A DNA stretch of 58,758 nucleotides, counting the filler, from Sphacelaria rigidula (Eukaryota), in the NCBI GenBank assembly GCA_964200075.2. It is 9 parts of 9 records of this genome, joined end to end, with 100 filler letters (N's around TTAATTAATTAA, not from the genome) between each part and the next. Parts side by side here need not be neighbours in the genome. Positions count along the whole stretch, not along the records: positions 19,622 to 26,061 come from CAXNAA020020049.1; positions 26,162 to 32,601 come from CAXNAA020020050.1; positions 32,702 to 39,141 come from CAXNAA020020051.1; 6 more parts are not named here. One strand, given 5' to 3'. Shown here piece by piece: positions 25,457 through 37,711 of the stretch (within the stretch, counting starts at the first letter, position 1; each line of letters starts with the position of its first letter). Below the pieces are notes generated by a model, which worked only from the letters and a program-made list of their open reading frames with translations, was not told the origin of the DNA and did no database searches. Made by a program: the position numbers and the translations under genes.

Positions 25457-26161
25457 GTTTCGATTTTTGCATCTATGTCGGGAAACGCCATGAGTGTTCC
25501 AGCGTTCCTGAGCCTCGAGTCTCGGAACACTTGGCCTACTTTTTCTGCGAGTACGTCACACACGCGACCGTTCTCGTTTATATGAAGGGTCACGTGTGAT
25601 GCGACGCAACGGGTGGTTTATACTTTGGTGATTGATAAGTTACGACGAGATCACCGCTGGCCACGTCGTACGTAACGATGATGAGGAATTGTCCTTACAT
25701 TAGTGGAATGTTTGTTGCAAACGTCTCCTCATACAGGACCATTGCGTATCATGATAGGATAGATCGCTCTGGAACAGACCGTTCCGCCATGTCGATATTC
25801 GACCATTGGTACAGCCTACAGGCTCAGAGTCAGCCACTCGCTATTTTCTTTGTCACTGCTTACACCAGTTGTTTTGAGCACGGTTACCCGCCCATAAATC
25901 GGTCGGTGGTGTTTTGTTTTCATCAGGGATTATTGGACGAAGTAACGTGACGGTGCGACCGGCTGTGGTTTTTACCTCAGTTTGTGTTCGAGCCAGTCTC
26001 GTTTTAGTCCTGTGACGCTAGCAGGTCTGCTAGTACTGCAGCGTCTAAATGCTGTTGAGGGNNNNNNNNNNNNNNNNNNNNNNNNNNNNNNNNNNNNNNN
26101 NNNNNTTAATTAATTAANNNNNNNNNNNNNNNNNNNNNNNNNNNNNNNNNNNNNNNNNNNN

Positions 26162-26214
26162 AAAGGGATGCGTGGTCAATGGTCAAACGACTAAGGCAAG
26201 CAACAAATGAGTAC
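26162..26214 (+). mobile_element. GAGTAC-end element (type A), at contig start
   Basis: Identical to 39257-39309 over the overlap and followed by GCCCCCCC. Confidence 0.85.
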
Positions 26215-27249
26215 GCCCCCCCACACACACACACACCTTACCTGCTCTTCTCTCTTCTCTTTGTTTAGTCAGTTACCCTGTTAATTCGCTCCTTCTCTCG
26301 TAATCATGTTTACCCTCTCCCGGATCTGGTTCAGCGACTGTTTATGTGCTTTTTCGCCTTGGGTATGCTTACCGTATGGCCTCGGCTGACTTCGCAGCTG
26401 GTTACCCCATGTGTGACAATCAATCACTAAATATGCTGTACATGGATGTGTGCGTGCTGTATACCATGCCGTTTCTTTTCGTGGCCTGGTCATGCACCGA
26501 TCTGGTTGTGCCGCTTTCACGCGCATGGCCTGCTCGGGGGAAATATCGCAGCGTACACGTACCGTAGGCAATACGGTATGTTGCCATGAAGATATCTCAA
26601 ACGATGTTTTTGTCCTGTCCCTACTTTTCGACTGGAGCGTTGTTCGAGCGGGTGTTTCCGATTCCGGTTTTTCATTTGCAGTAGGTGCGTCAGGCTTGAG
26701 GTCACAGCTGTAGTTCGGGTTGATGTGAGACGCAATAATACAAGAAATTCCTCCCCCAGTCAAAGCAATTGCTCAATCAACGCTTGTTTCGCCAATGGCA
26801 TGCTCTCACCCTAACGTCACGTCTCCAAAAGATCGAGGACGTGTGCATCATACCTCAAACCGTGGCTTGACTCCATCGGCTTGTCCTCGCGAAGTCGGAC
26901 GATCGGTCGAAGTACAGTACTGTACTCTACACCAGGGTTTCCTCGGTTTCCAACGCATTCGCAGTACCGAGTACACAAGGACATCTAAGGCACCGCCTCC
27001 AGGGTCCCTGAAATACAGAGCCATAAAGCCATCCCACGATAGGGGGAGACGGGTGTATATCGGCCATTTTTTTGTCCCAATAAGGGCATTTTGATACGTT
27101 GCCTGATGTAGTAACTGGATAGAGACGAGTTGAATTAGATGATGCCGACGTCAATGGTCGGCGTCGTACTGTACCACCGTGCCCCGATGGCTCAATGAAC
27201 AATTTGACTCCCTATTAGGGTGGAAAGAAGGTCGGTTCCATTCTCGCCA

Positions 27250-27506
27250 AAGCGATGCTACGGTAGGGCTGCACAAATATTTTCTGAGGTTAGAATTGTT
27301 AGGAGCCCTTTATCTCATGTAAATCACGGCCCATGAAAATATGTGAAAGTACGCCAGGATTACTACTCCAATGTGCTGGGGATATCCCAAATGAGTATGT
27401 AAACGGGGATGCCCTGACCCATATTTTTTTGCATGTAGAATCGTTGGGAGCCCCTGAACTAGACATAATTTTACGGAAAAAGTGCACCCCTACCGTAGCA
27501 TTGCTC
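27250..27506 (+). mobile_element. MITE family B, full length ~257 bp
   Basis: TIRs ~GAGCAATGCTACGGTAGGGGTGCAC. Flanks GCCA/GACA form a 4-bp TSD with one mismatch. Homologous to 28157-28412 and 12134-12312. Confidence 0.9.
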
Positions 27507-28156
27507 GACAGATGCGTTTGAGGTTTCCCCTGCAAAGTACCTGATGCCCGTCCTTGATAGCGTGAGGACGTGAAAAGACCAAACGTATTCGACTGAGTTT
27601 GTTAGACGAGAGTCGGCGCGGAGCGGTTGTGCTGGTCATGATCCAACCCTTGAGACCACGGACACGTCCCGAGGAGGGGGGGGGAGGGGGGGGTTGAGAC
27701 GGTGACTGATATGTATATAATATTATATATACCTTATCCTTGAAAGCGAGTGCTTTCCCTCACGAAAATGCACGAAACAGGAAGGACCGCGTCGCTGTGC
27801 ATCGATGACTCGCATGAAGCCTAATGTTTCGGCCAACATGTGGATACGCACGCTTCCGTGAGATGACTCCGTAGCCACACCCTCACCTACCGGCGAATCG
27901 GCATCGAAATCCCGGACCCTCCCCCCAACTGCGTTTGGTTCGTTTAATGACCTGCTTTTACAGGTTTGGAGAGGTGTGGTGATTGACCCCGAACCAAGTC
28001 CAGAGCACGTTGAGCCCAGCACGGTCAGCATGACGTGGGGTGCAGAGTGTAGTGCGGAGGTGCGTGGCTGACCCACCGATCGTCTGCTGTAGGTCATGCA
28101 CGGTACTTTGAGGCCGAATGAAGATCTAGATATTACTCCGGTTCGCGTTGATGAAT

Positions 28157-28412
28157 GAGGGGTGCTACGGTAAGGGTGCACAAATATTTTCTGATATTTG
28201 ATTTTTTAGGAGCCCTTCATCTCAACCAAAACACGACTTATGAAATATGTGAGAGTATGCTAGGATTACTAGTCCAACGTGCTAGGGGTGTCCCAAATGA
28301 ATTCGCAAACGGGGGTGCCCTTAACCATGTTCTTCTGCATCTAGAATTTTCAGGAGCCCCTGACCCAGACAAGATTTCGCGCAAAAAGTGTATCCCTACC
28401 GTAGCATTGCCC
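28157..28412 (+). mobile_element. MITE family B, full length ~256 bp
   Basis: Same TIRs and body as 27250-27506, flanks GAAT/AAAT. Confidence 0.88.
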
Positions 28413-29472
28413 AAATGAAAATACAAGATGGAAAAAAGTGTGTCTTCCGGCCGCAGTTGTTGTAGTGCTGGAGTACAAGATGCTGGGTGCTTCGTACAAG
28501 TTTTTGTGTGCGTGATCCGTCTAGAAGTGTTACCATACATGTTGGCTTTGTTCGTTATACATCTGCTCTACCAGTAGAAGCATAGCGCCCGATCATTTTG
28601 CTGATTCTTCGCCTTCCGCAAACATTCCAGACTCTGTCTATTCAAGGAATAGTGCTACATGCTTTCCCCCCCTATCTTGTTGTAGTACGGACGTTCAAGT
28701 ATGTCGTGTTTTTGATATCTTTAGGAGGAACGCTATCGCTATCGCACTGAATCCACTATGTTCGGTTGTACTGTGTTGACCCCCACGTCCCGCCCCGCCA
28801 ATGCGCGTGAGCCTCCCTCGCGTTGAGTTGGTAGTCCCAAGGGGTTTTTCATTTCATTTCTCCCCACCATACGTTACCTACCTTTCAATCTGTCATCGGG
28901 TATTAGACCGCCCTTCCGTGGCTGGTGCACGTTTACCGAATCTTGATATACTAACCCTCGTTCTCACGTTATTTTGCGGCGAAACCAGAACAAAGAGTGA
29001 CTTCCGCCGGGATTGAAGCGCAAAATATTCGACGAAGATGGTTTTGATGCGCCAGGTTTCGATACTATCGCTTGACTACCGAAAATTATTCGTGTTCGGA
29101 TATGTTTACACGTTTCGGGCGATGTTTCATGCTGGGTGGGGAAGGTTTTCTCGGTCGGATTTTGTCTGCGAGAACCCGTCCAACCGACCCACAGGACGAC
29201 CTTCTTGTGTTTTGATGCCGCAGTTGAACATTCCCACAAACACCTATAACTTGCCGCACAGAGGGAGGATTGGAGCCAGCGGCGTCCTGCTACGGTAGGG
29301 GTGGGTCTCACATTTAGACCCAGACCTTTCTCATTCAGCGGCTCTTAAAAGTTAGGAGCTACAAAAGAATATGGGTGAGGACGGCATTTCCGTTTTTAAA
29401 ATCCATTCCGAATATCCCTAGCCTATTGAAATGCTATTGGAGGCGCGCTCTCACATATGTCATATATCGGCG

Positions 29473-29908
29473 TATACGCGGCCATTTGGCTACCCCCCAC
29501 AAGTGCTCCGTCTCGAAAGGGATGCGTGGTCAGTGGTCAAATGACGAAGGCGAGCAACAAATGAGTACGCCCCCCCCCCCACAATGCCCCCGGAGAGATC
29601 CGCGGCCCTCCCGGGACAAAACAAGCCTCCGGAGGCCTTGAATCCCTCTGGAGGAAACCAAACAGTACCAACCTGGAGGGCCGCACACCCCTCCGGAGGA
29701 ATTTGGGGGTAGAGAAATTCGTTCGGAGAGATGCGCGACCCTCCAGGGGCTAAAACAAGCCTCCGGGGGCCTTCAATGCCTCTGGAGGAAACCAAACACT
29801 ACCAACCTGGAGGGCCGCGCACCGCTCCGGCGGCGTTTAATTCCTCTGAATGCTCGAAAAGTTGACCGACCTGAAGGGATTTGGAAAGGAATCAAATGGC
29901 CGCGTGTG
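29473..29908. mobile_element. Non-autonomous TIR element with CACACGCGGCCATTTG-type ends and internal CCTCYRGAGG repeats
   Basis: TATACGCGGCCATTTG / CAAATGGCCGCGTGTG ends and an internal ~133-bp duplication (29592, 29725). It carries a nested GAGTAC-end element. A relative lies at 39478-39865. Confidence 0.75.
29503..29569 (+). mobile_element. GAGTAC-end element (type A), 5'-truncated, TSD CCCCCCACAA
   Basis: CCCCCCACAA at 29493-29502 and 29575-29584. An empty-site paralog TGGCTACCCCCCACAAT is at 39481-39497. Confidence 0.9.
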
Positions 29909-32900
29909 TGTATTGAAAATTGTTAGGGGCCCTCTCTTTCATCCATACTGTCACCTGTGCTCACGTATCTCGGCTGTCGATGGACTGAGCCTGGCGGCAC
30001 AGCCGCCGAAACCCTTGTTCTGTATTTGTGTGTTGTAGTTCAAACTCTATTGTTGTCTCTATTGGTTTAATAGGCGTTGCTGCGTTGTGCTCAAGGAAAG
30101 CTGGTGATGACTCGTGTATAGATTGAATGCGAGTGTGTACATTTATAATTCGAATGCTATGCACCCTCACCTTCTTTACCTTGCCCACAGACGTTTCTGT
30201 GGAAGCAAACGACCAGGCTGCGGGACGGCACCACGGTGGTTCTCAAGACTATCCCTTGCGAAGCAGGAGAGGCCGACGATGTCTGCCTGGTGGAGGTGAT
30301 GGGAGTGCCAAAGAGAACTTGATTTTCTCACAATGTGGAGGAGTGCACACCGATCATCTAAACGGATTACACCTAGTAGAAGCGCGTGGTAGAGAGTATA
30401 TTTTTTAGTGTTGACACGGTGTGTTTGTTACATACGAAAATTCATTTTCACGTTGGTGTCGTCCGGAGGGGTGGGGGGAAAGGGGGTCGCGGTTCACCGA
30501 AGACACGATCCGTGTCTGGTGAGGAGGAAGAGTTATGGTATAATAGTAGTTTCTTTTTTTTTGCTCTGTACTTTCCTTTTATTTTCCTTTTTTTCTTATT
30601 CTAGGTCGGCCATTTTTTTCTGTGCTTTGCTTGTGTTGACTTTTTCATTACCCTTTTTCTTTGTCACGACTTAGTCTGCTATGTCGTTCTGTTCGACCCC
30701 CCCTTTTTTTCTGCTCCTTCTTTTTCTCAGAGCGTGTTTCAGTTTCGTTTTTGTTGGGTACATCTACCATGAGACCACGGCTGGACCCCTGGGGGGTCAA
30801 TTAAAGTGCGACTATCAATCAATCAATCAAGTAGTGATATAAAACTCCACCGTTTCGTGCTACAGCGGGACGAGATACCACACACACGAAACGCGCCATA
30901 TCGAGCCACTTGAAAGCAAATTCTACAGAACGACTCCGACCTCGATAAAAATGACGCCTCGACTTCTTGGGCGCCAAGTTCCGCGAGATCGTACCACCCC
31001 AGGCAGAGTACTGAAGAATACAGGGGAACAACTGCCGTTTTTTTACAACACGCATACGGGTCAGCAGCAGCTAGGCACCACGGAGTATGTTCGACAGTGC
31101 TCCAACCTGTTGCGTGCCTAAGTGAAGCCTGGGAAACGACACATATGTGTCAAGAGGTGGTTGCGATAACTTAACCCAGTTGGCGTCGCGGTGATGGTAG
31201 TAATTACCGGCAAAACGCCTTCTCTTGTTGTTTCATTTTGTGTGATGGTCGCCCGTTTTGTCGTGTGATTGAAACCTGAGCATTTACACCAAATATATAT
31301 GTGTATATTTCTTTTTCTTCAAGCGGTTTGTTTTTTGTTATGTTTCTACTCCCGAGCGCGCCATGTACATGTTTCTATGTAGAATATCCTATAATGTACA
31401 TCCAACGACAGATGTCACTCGACCTGACCGGCAGAGGAGACTGACCCTCCTCAAGACACGGCGCACCTCGAGACAGAAGATCATTGTTGGTACCCTGTTC
31501 GCCTAGCCATTTTGTGCTAAAGACTTTGAGCAGTCATGTCGTAGTCACGGGGTCAGTATGTGGCTCATCTAAAACAATCTGAAGCCAGCAAGCCTCACGC
31601 ATCGTGGATGATGGCTCTGTCCCGCGTATACCCATACTGTGGTTAATGACATTCTCGCGTTGCGTGGCCCTAGTACGCGTGCGCAACATCTGAGCAGTGG
31701 GCGCCGCGTCAGATATTTTGCTTGCTGTTTTTGGTTAGACGTAAGATCCAGGAAGGCGTTCACCTCAGTTTTGGGGTATTTTCAACACCGTTGTACTCGT
31801 GTTCCAGGGTCATGAGCCCTTACAACAGCGTGATTGATGTCTCAATAGAGCCCTATGAAGAGACCGCTGCGACCACTGCGGGTCTGGCCGAAAACATTGT
31901 TGAAAAAGAACATGTCCCGCCAATATTCGACTTTGCTATCGCGTGCTTGCGTTGTGAACAGAGGCCTGAAATATTTTAGAGTTCTGTGTGCTCGTGTCTC
32001 CTTCCCGAATGTTACGTGCGTGATATATCGGTGCATCGTCTACAAAAACCGCCAACAGATGTCTCGTGATCCTCCCGACAAGGACGGTCTCCCTCAAGAG
32101 ATTGTATCCACTGCCTCAAGCTTCATTGACAACTCGGGTGTCAACCGCAGGCTCCGGGGAATGGATGACTCTATCGCGCCTGCGGCGGTTGACCGCAGGC
32201 TGCAGGAGGATGAAAAGGTAGATCGTGACATGGCGTCCAAAACGGAACTTTTGCATTCTTGTTTCACAAGAAAAAAGTGGATGGTTTCTGTCGGAGGGGG
32301 CGAGCGTGGGGGATAGCTGTTGGAGTTGTGACAATTGAAATCGATCACAGCTTGATTGTGAGTTGTTGTGCCTCAAGGTTTTCAGTGGGTGACACCCATG
32401 GTAAAAGAGAAGTCCACCCGACAAATCCATTTGTTTTATTTTGCTGTTTCTCGGCAGTATACCCTTCCCTGTGTTTTGACCCGAATGCTTCGCATTGCTA
32501 TCGTTTTATGTTTGTTCTTATCCTCCCCCCCCCCCCTCCCCACCCCTCTCCCCCCCCCCTCTCCCCTCCCCCCACCTACCTTGCTACTCTCCCCCCCCGC
32601 CNNNNNNNNNNNNNNNNNNNNNNNNNNNNNNNNNNNNNNNNNNNNTTAATTAATTAANNNNNNNNNNNNNNNNNNNNNNNNNNNNNNNNNNNNNNNNNNN
32701 NCGCAACCGCCACCCACACCCTACACCCTCTTTTCTTCCCGCCGCGCGGGGTCGGGGGGGGGTTGGGGGTGGGGGCGGGGGGGGGGGGGGGGGGGGGGGG
32801 GGAATCACGCACACGCCGACTGAACTTTATCCTAGTGCTGAGTCAGCACCCCCAGCCAACGTTTTGCCTTGATTTGTGGACAGGCAATCCGTCGCCGCGC

Positions 32901-33268
32901 CCTGGAGGTTCAACGGTACAACTTCACTTGCACCACTGGGTCAGAAGAATGCGGGTTCCATTCCGGAAGATTATCCTTTTTTTTTCTGCAAAGTACAAGT
33001 ATGTGATTTGTGATTCCTGTCATTGTAAACGGGAGAACGGGAGCAACAAATAACATCATATTTCACAACAGTCGACGCGATGCGGAGGTACTCACTCAAT
33101 CCATGATATTAATATTGCAAGGCGTGTACCGGGGCAGAGATAGATTAATCACTTGAGACGACGGACTCGCCTCAAGAAATGGGGGGAACTTGAAAGCATG
33201 CCATAAACATAAGCAGACAAAAAAACTACAACGAAATTACGGCGTGGCGCGGTGAATTCCGCACTCAC

Positions 33269-33472
33269 ATTCGTCCGTCCGGCAATTCCTCTTGGATCGC
33301 AGGCAAGGCCCCCGCTTCCAACAGCTCCTTAATCACGGCGGGATGGTTTTGCATGGCCGCGCGCGAAAGTGGTGGGATATTTGTCGCCTGATGGTTGACG
33401 TCAGCACCGTACTTGATCAGCTCACGCAACACCTCGAGATGCCCTTTTCCCGCCGCCCATCCGAGCGCCGTC
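33269..33472 (-). CDS. Ankyrin-repeat protein, internal exon (third of three seen)
   Basis: 'TALGWAAGKGHLEVLRELIKYGADVN...PPLSRAAMQNHPAVIKELLEAGA'. TGTAG acceptor and GTGAGT donor. Phase joins the upstream exon as KGER|TAL. Confidence 0.88.
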
Positions 33473-35225
33473 CTACAGACGTACGTACGCGAGGAAGTTC
33501 GCGAGACGGAAGACGGCAAGCTTTTCCATAATTGTTTTGTGATCTCCCTCTCCAATAAGCCTCTTCCTTGGAATTCTGGGTATCTTTCACGAGTAATTTG
33601 GCTGCTCGTTCTACGAAATGTCACGGTTCCAAAAACAAAATGGGGTTTTTCCAAAGAATTCATATACAAACACTTTTTGTCGTGGGACAGTTTTCCCGAC
33701 ATAACATTGTGTTGGAAATTGACTTCTCTCCGACGATGGAAAGTTCCCCAAGGGATCGATCAGAACACGACATCATATCTCACATTGTTTCAAAACCGTT
33801 TTGGGGATTATCAGTAATCTCATCGTGAATGATCCAGTACACGCACGCCGCCTGAGAATTCAATACCGCCGCTCGCGTGTTAGTGTTAACGTGGAAATCC
33901 CGTCATAACGAAAATGGCTTTGGAAACAGGTCCCTCGAAGGGAACTGCGCGGGAAAATATGCCCAAGATTTCTCGAACTATTGATTTCTCAAACGCAAAA
34001 AAGCGACCGTAGGGTAGAGTACTATACCCAGGTACCCTGCTGGTGCTTCAGGGTATTTGCAGCAGCCAGTACCGCCGGGTACCCGGGATATCCACTGCCG
34101 AAAGATACGGCGTATTTCAGGGTACCTTACTTTAACCATGGACACCTCAATACTCCTGCATTCGTCCCCCAACCTACCTCAAATCATCTCAGGTAACGCT
34201 GCATAGAGCTAATTGTAAAATTTTGGAAGCGCTTCAATCAAGGGTGATGATGCCAACCAGCTCCTGCCTAGAGCAGCTCCTGGTGCCTTACTACGAAACC
34301 CACTGCTGAAGATACGTGTCGCACCACAATATTACACACGATGTGTGCCTTTCCTTTCATCGGACATGTTTGCCATCTACATTCTACATATGTATACGTG
34401 TGTGCGTACAACTTACGAGGCGACTACGCCGAATGAGCCCGAGCCCCTCAAGACTTGAGAAAGGTACTCGAGGAGCAGTGTGTTTCAAAAATAAGTTTCT
34501 TGCAACTCGTGTAGCCTACGCTCAATAACGTGGTGTGCTCGTGAGATCACGGGAGAAGGGCAACAGCACCTAAAGGTAGCATATATGTGCGAGGGTAGAT
34601 ACAACAGCACCTAGGGGTGCACATGAGGGTATATGCGGTGGAAAAGCATCGTAGATCATGTCACGGTGACTATCTTGGCCGCTTCCGACTGCAAGTGGTC
34701 ATGATCTTCACCTGTACCTTTCTCTAGGCCATGCACATCATAGTGGATCATTCTCAACTCTTCTTGCCCCCAGGCGGTACCGTTCACAACATCTCGTGTC
34801 TACATTCCCAGCACAGCCTGCTTGTTCGGTTCACTTCACTGCTGGCAGCGTCAGCCTTTGCGACCACCCATGATAGTGTCTGGGGACATTTTGTCAACAT
34901 TGTGCACACGTGCAGGGTGCGAAGGTTGAGGAGAAAGTCGCTGTTCAGGCTTCCAAAACTAGGGGTTGGACCATTCCAACCAGAGATCCCGGCAACAATC
35001 TCACGGCCGTTTCCCCTGCATTGTCCGTTTCGCTCACAAATGTCACGTCAACGACGCTCGGGGCTCCGCGAGAAGTAATGGAGCATTTCTCGAGGCCCCA
35101 TCATCATTTAAGATATTCTTTGCTTTTTTTCCCGCCATACCTTCAACCCCTGTCATACCTTCAACCCCTGTCCTTCCTCGGGACGAGTATATCCGTAGTA
35201 GCCAGAAGGGATCAACCCATCTCTC

Positions 35226-36009
35226 CGACAAAGGCAAGCAACAAATGAGTACGCACACCCCCCTCCCTCAACCCCCTGATACTGTGCCATACTAGGATAT
35301 AGATCATGACCATTGACGGCGAATCACGAAGGGGATAAGAAAAGTACGAGAATTTTTGTATGGAAGACGCGTGATGAGCGCCCAAATGTTGGAGGTGTCT
35401 CTATTAGGAGTAGGAACGGTGCTCCGTCTCAAGAAGGATACGTCGTCAACGGTCAGACAACAAAGGCAAGCAGCACATGAGTACCCCCCCCTCCCCTGGT
35501 ACTGTACCTCCCCTGTGGATTGGGGTCGGTTGGCAACAACGCTGTAAAATACGCCACTCACCGTGTAAGCCAGGCAACCAGGTTGCCGGGGTTTTTTGCG
35601 CTTGCGATAACCATGATGGCGGTCGAGCTAGATCATATTGTGCGGGGTTGGAGAACCTCAATTCCGCTCAAAAAGGATGATCATACTGCGTAGTCTTTAA
35701 ATGGTGAGACACCCATGAGGCAGTGTGAAAGCCGTGACTATCTCTGTAAGTGATGATACGACGGAATGAAGCAACACATTGAAGGCTGCCATCCATATGC
35801 AAGATAAGATAATCAGTACGCGTCGGGCGGAACAGGACAATCGTGGCAGGATGCAGCTCACCCGTCATGCGACTCGCCGAACACATCACAGCACATCGCG
35901 CTTGGTGATTGCGAGCCTGTTCCAGCGAAAATCCGGCGTGCTCCGTCCCGGTTTGTAAGGGATGCGAGGTCAATGGTCAGGTGACTACGGCATGCAATAT
36001 CATGAGTAC
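35226..36009 (+). mobile_element. Stack of three GAGTAC-end elements (A truncated, A ~190 bp, B ~490 bp) in an ankyrin-gene intron
   Basis: GAGTAC ends at 35247-35252, 35479-35484 and 36004-36009, each followed by a C-rich run and TGRTACTGTRC. Confidence 0.85.
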
Positions 36010-36274
36010 GCCCCCGCACCTTCGATGGTACTGTACATGGCTGATATTTCGGTATCATAGATTGACTGAATCAGACCTCCCTACACCGAGTCGACTCTCG
36101 GCGAGGGTATTTTGCAAGTCATATCCTCACGTCTTGAGCAGGTGATTGTAATTATCGGGGGAAAACGACTGTCCTAAACCTTCCGCCCAAGTCGGCGAGA
36201 GATGTAATTATTTAATTTAGACTACCGGGTGGCAGAGGCGTTATGTAAAAGTGAAAAGAGCATGGGTACTGCAC

Positions 36275-36414
36275 CTTTCACCCTTGACGTGGACATCGAC
36301 CCCGGCGCCCGCCTTGAGTAATGTCTTGAGCACGTTGATGCGGTTATTCTCTGCTGCCGCACAAAGGGGGGTGATCGTACAGTTCGGACCCTGGTCGTCC
36401 AAGGGGACTCCAAA
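36275..36414 (-). CDS. Ankyrin-repeat protein, internal exon (second of three seen)
   Basis: 'FGVPLDDQGPNCTITPLCAAAENNRINVLKTLLKAGAGVDVHVKGE'. CCCAG acceptor and AG|GTGCAG donor. Phase 0 in and phase 2 out match both neighbours. Confidence 0.88.
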
Positions 36415-37422
36415 CTGGGCGGGGTGGTGAGCAAGCAAGGCGCCGTGCGTCGAGTTAGGAAAAAACGAAGGGGGCGATCGCATATTCCCGAGTATTTTCG
36501 GCGTAGGGCGTATCCTGTTCGTTCCTTCGGACATTTTCGTTCGGGTTCGGCTCTTGCAACCGTGAGTAGACAACGGTTCGAGTAGGAGCATGCGAAAAAA
36601 ATAAAACAGCACAGTTGTAGCGCGCTAGCAAGTGTGGCTAGTCAATCTGCCACCAAACGTGTGTATCCTTTCTTCGGGTCCAGCGATAACCATTCCGTAC
36701 CCCACGCACCCTGAAGTAATTAGTACTTCGGCTCTGGGTTACGCCGGGTACTCCGAAGCTCTCAGTGCTTCGGAGGGGTCAATACTCAGCAATCTGGAGT
36801 CCTCAGTACCAGAAATCGCCCGAAACTCCAGGGTATCGGGCGCACGGTACCCTGCCCTGCACTCTCTTTCAATTTTTTTTTCCCATTCATGCACTTTCAA
36901 CCCCCCCCCCCCGGTCCCTCTTCGGGACAAATTCACCATCTCAGCCTCGAGGGGTGAATCACTCATCACACTATATCTCTCCCGCTATAGCACTTACCAT
37001 GCGCTTCATTGTCCAGTCATTGGATCAGTGTTTGCGCAGGGCGTCAACCTTCATCAGACCACGCAATGCGAGGCGGAGAAAATAATGATGAAGTACTTCA
37101 TTGCTATCGGCGCTCTAACCTTTGACCCACAAACTCCGCCTGAACTAGTGGTGATGTCCCGCCTAATCTCCGAAAGTGTGTCACGAAGAATTGGGTGGAG
37201 AGTAGTAAGCCATACACGTGATGACATTTGTCGGTAGCCCTTTCTCAGGCCATCTTCAACAAACAGGGGACGGAATTCGACACATGTAGTACCCGAAGGA
37301 TAGCCCGGCCTCCTTGGTGCCCCAACCCTCACTCATTTCGCTCAGGTGAGAATGCTTCCCGGGGATAAAAAATACGTGCGCAAGAGAGGAAGAAAGGAAG
37401 GGGGAAAAAATCCGGAGTTCAC

Positions 37423-37589
37423 CTTGATGAGCATTTTCAGGCAGGCTGTTTCGTCATCCCAAACGCAAGTCATGAGCAGCGGCGTAGCTCCATCGTTGGC
37501 GGGGATGAGCGGATTGGCGCCCATGTCTAGAAGCATCTTGACGATCTGAGGCTTCCCGGCTTCCGCCGCTATCAACAGCACAGTGCAAC
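37423..37589 (-). CDS. Ankyrin-repeat protein, internal exon (first of three seen)
   Basis: 'CTVLLIAAEAGKPQIVKMLLDMGANPLIPANDGATPLLMTCVWDDETACLKMLIK'. ATCAG acceptor and AAG|GTGAAC donor. Splices in frame to give LIK|FGVP. Confidence 0.88.
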
Positions 37590-37711
37590 CTGATCAATCA
37601 ACACACGTACGGCACAATGATGAGTGAATCGGGAGCGTACTGACACAGTGAGCTTGGCGTAGGATGCAGCCAGCGGCTTGCCGTCGTCTCCGCAATGTGA
37701 AACCCCGAGTG

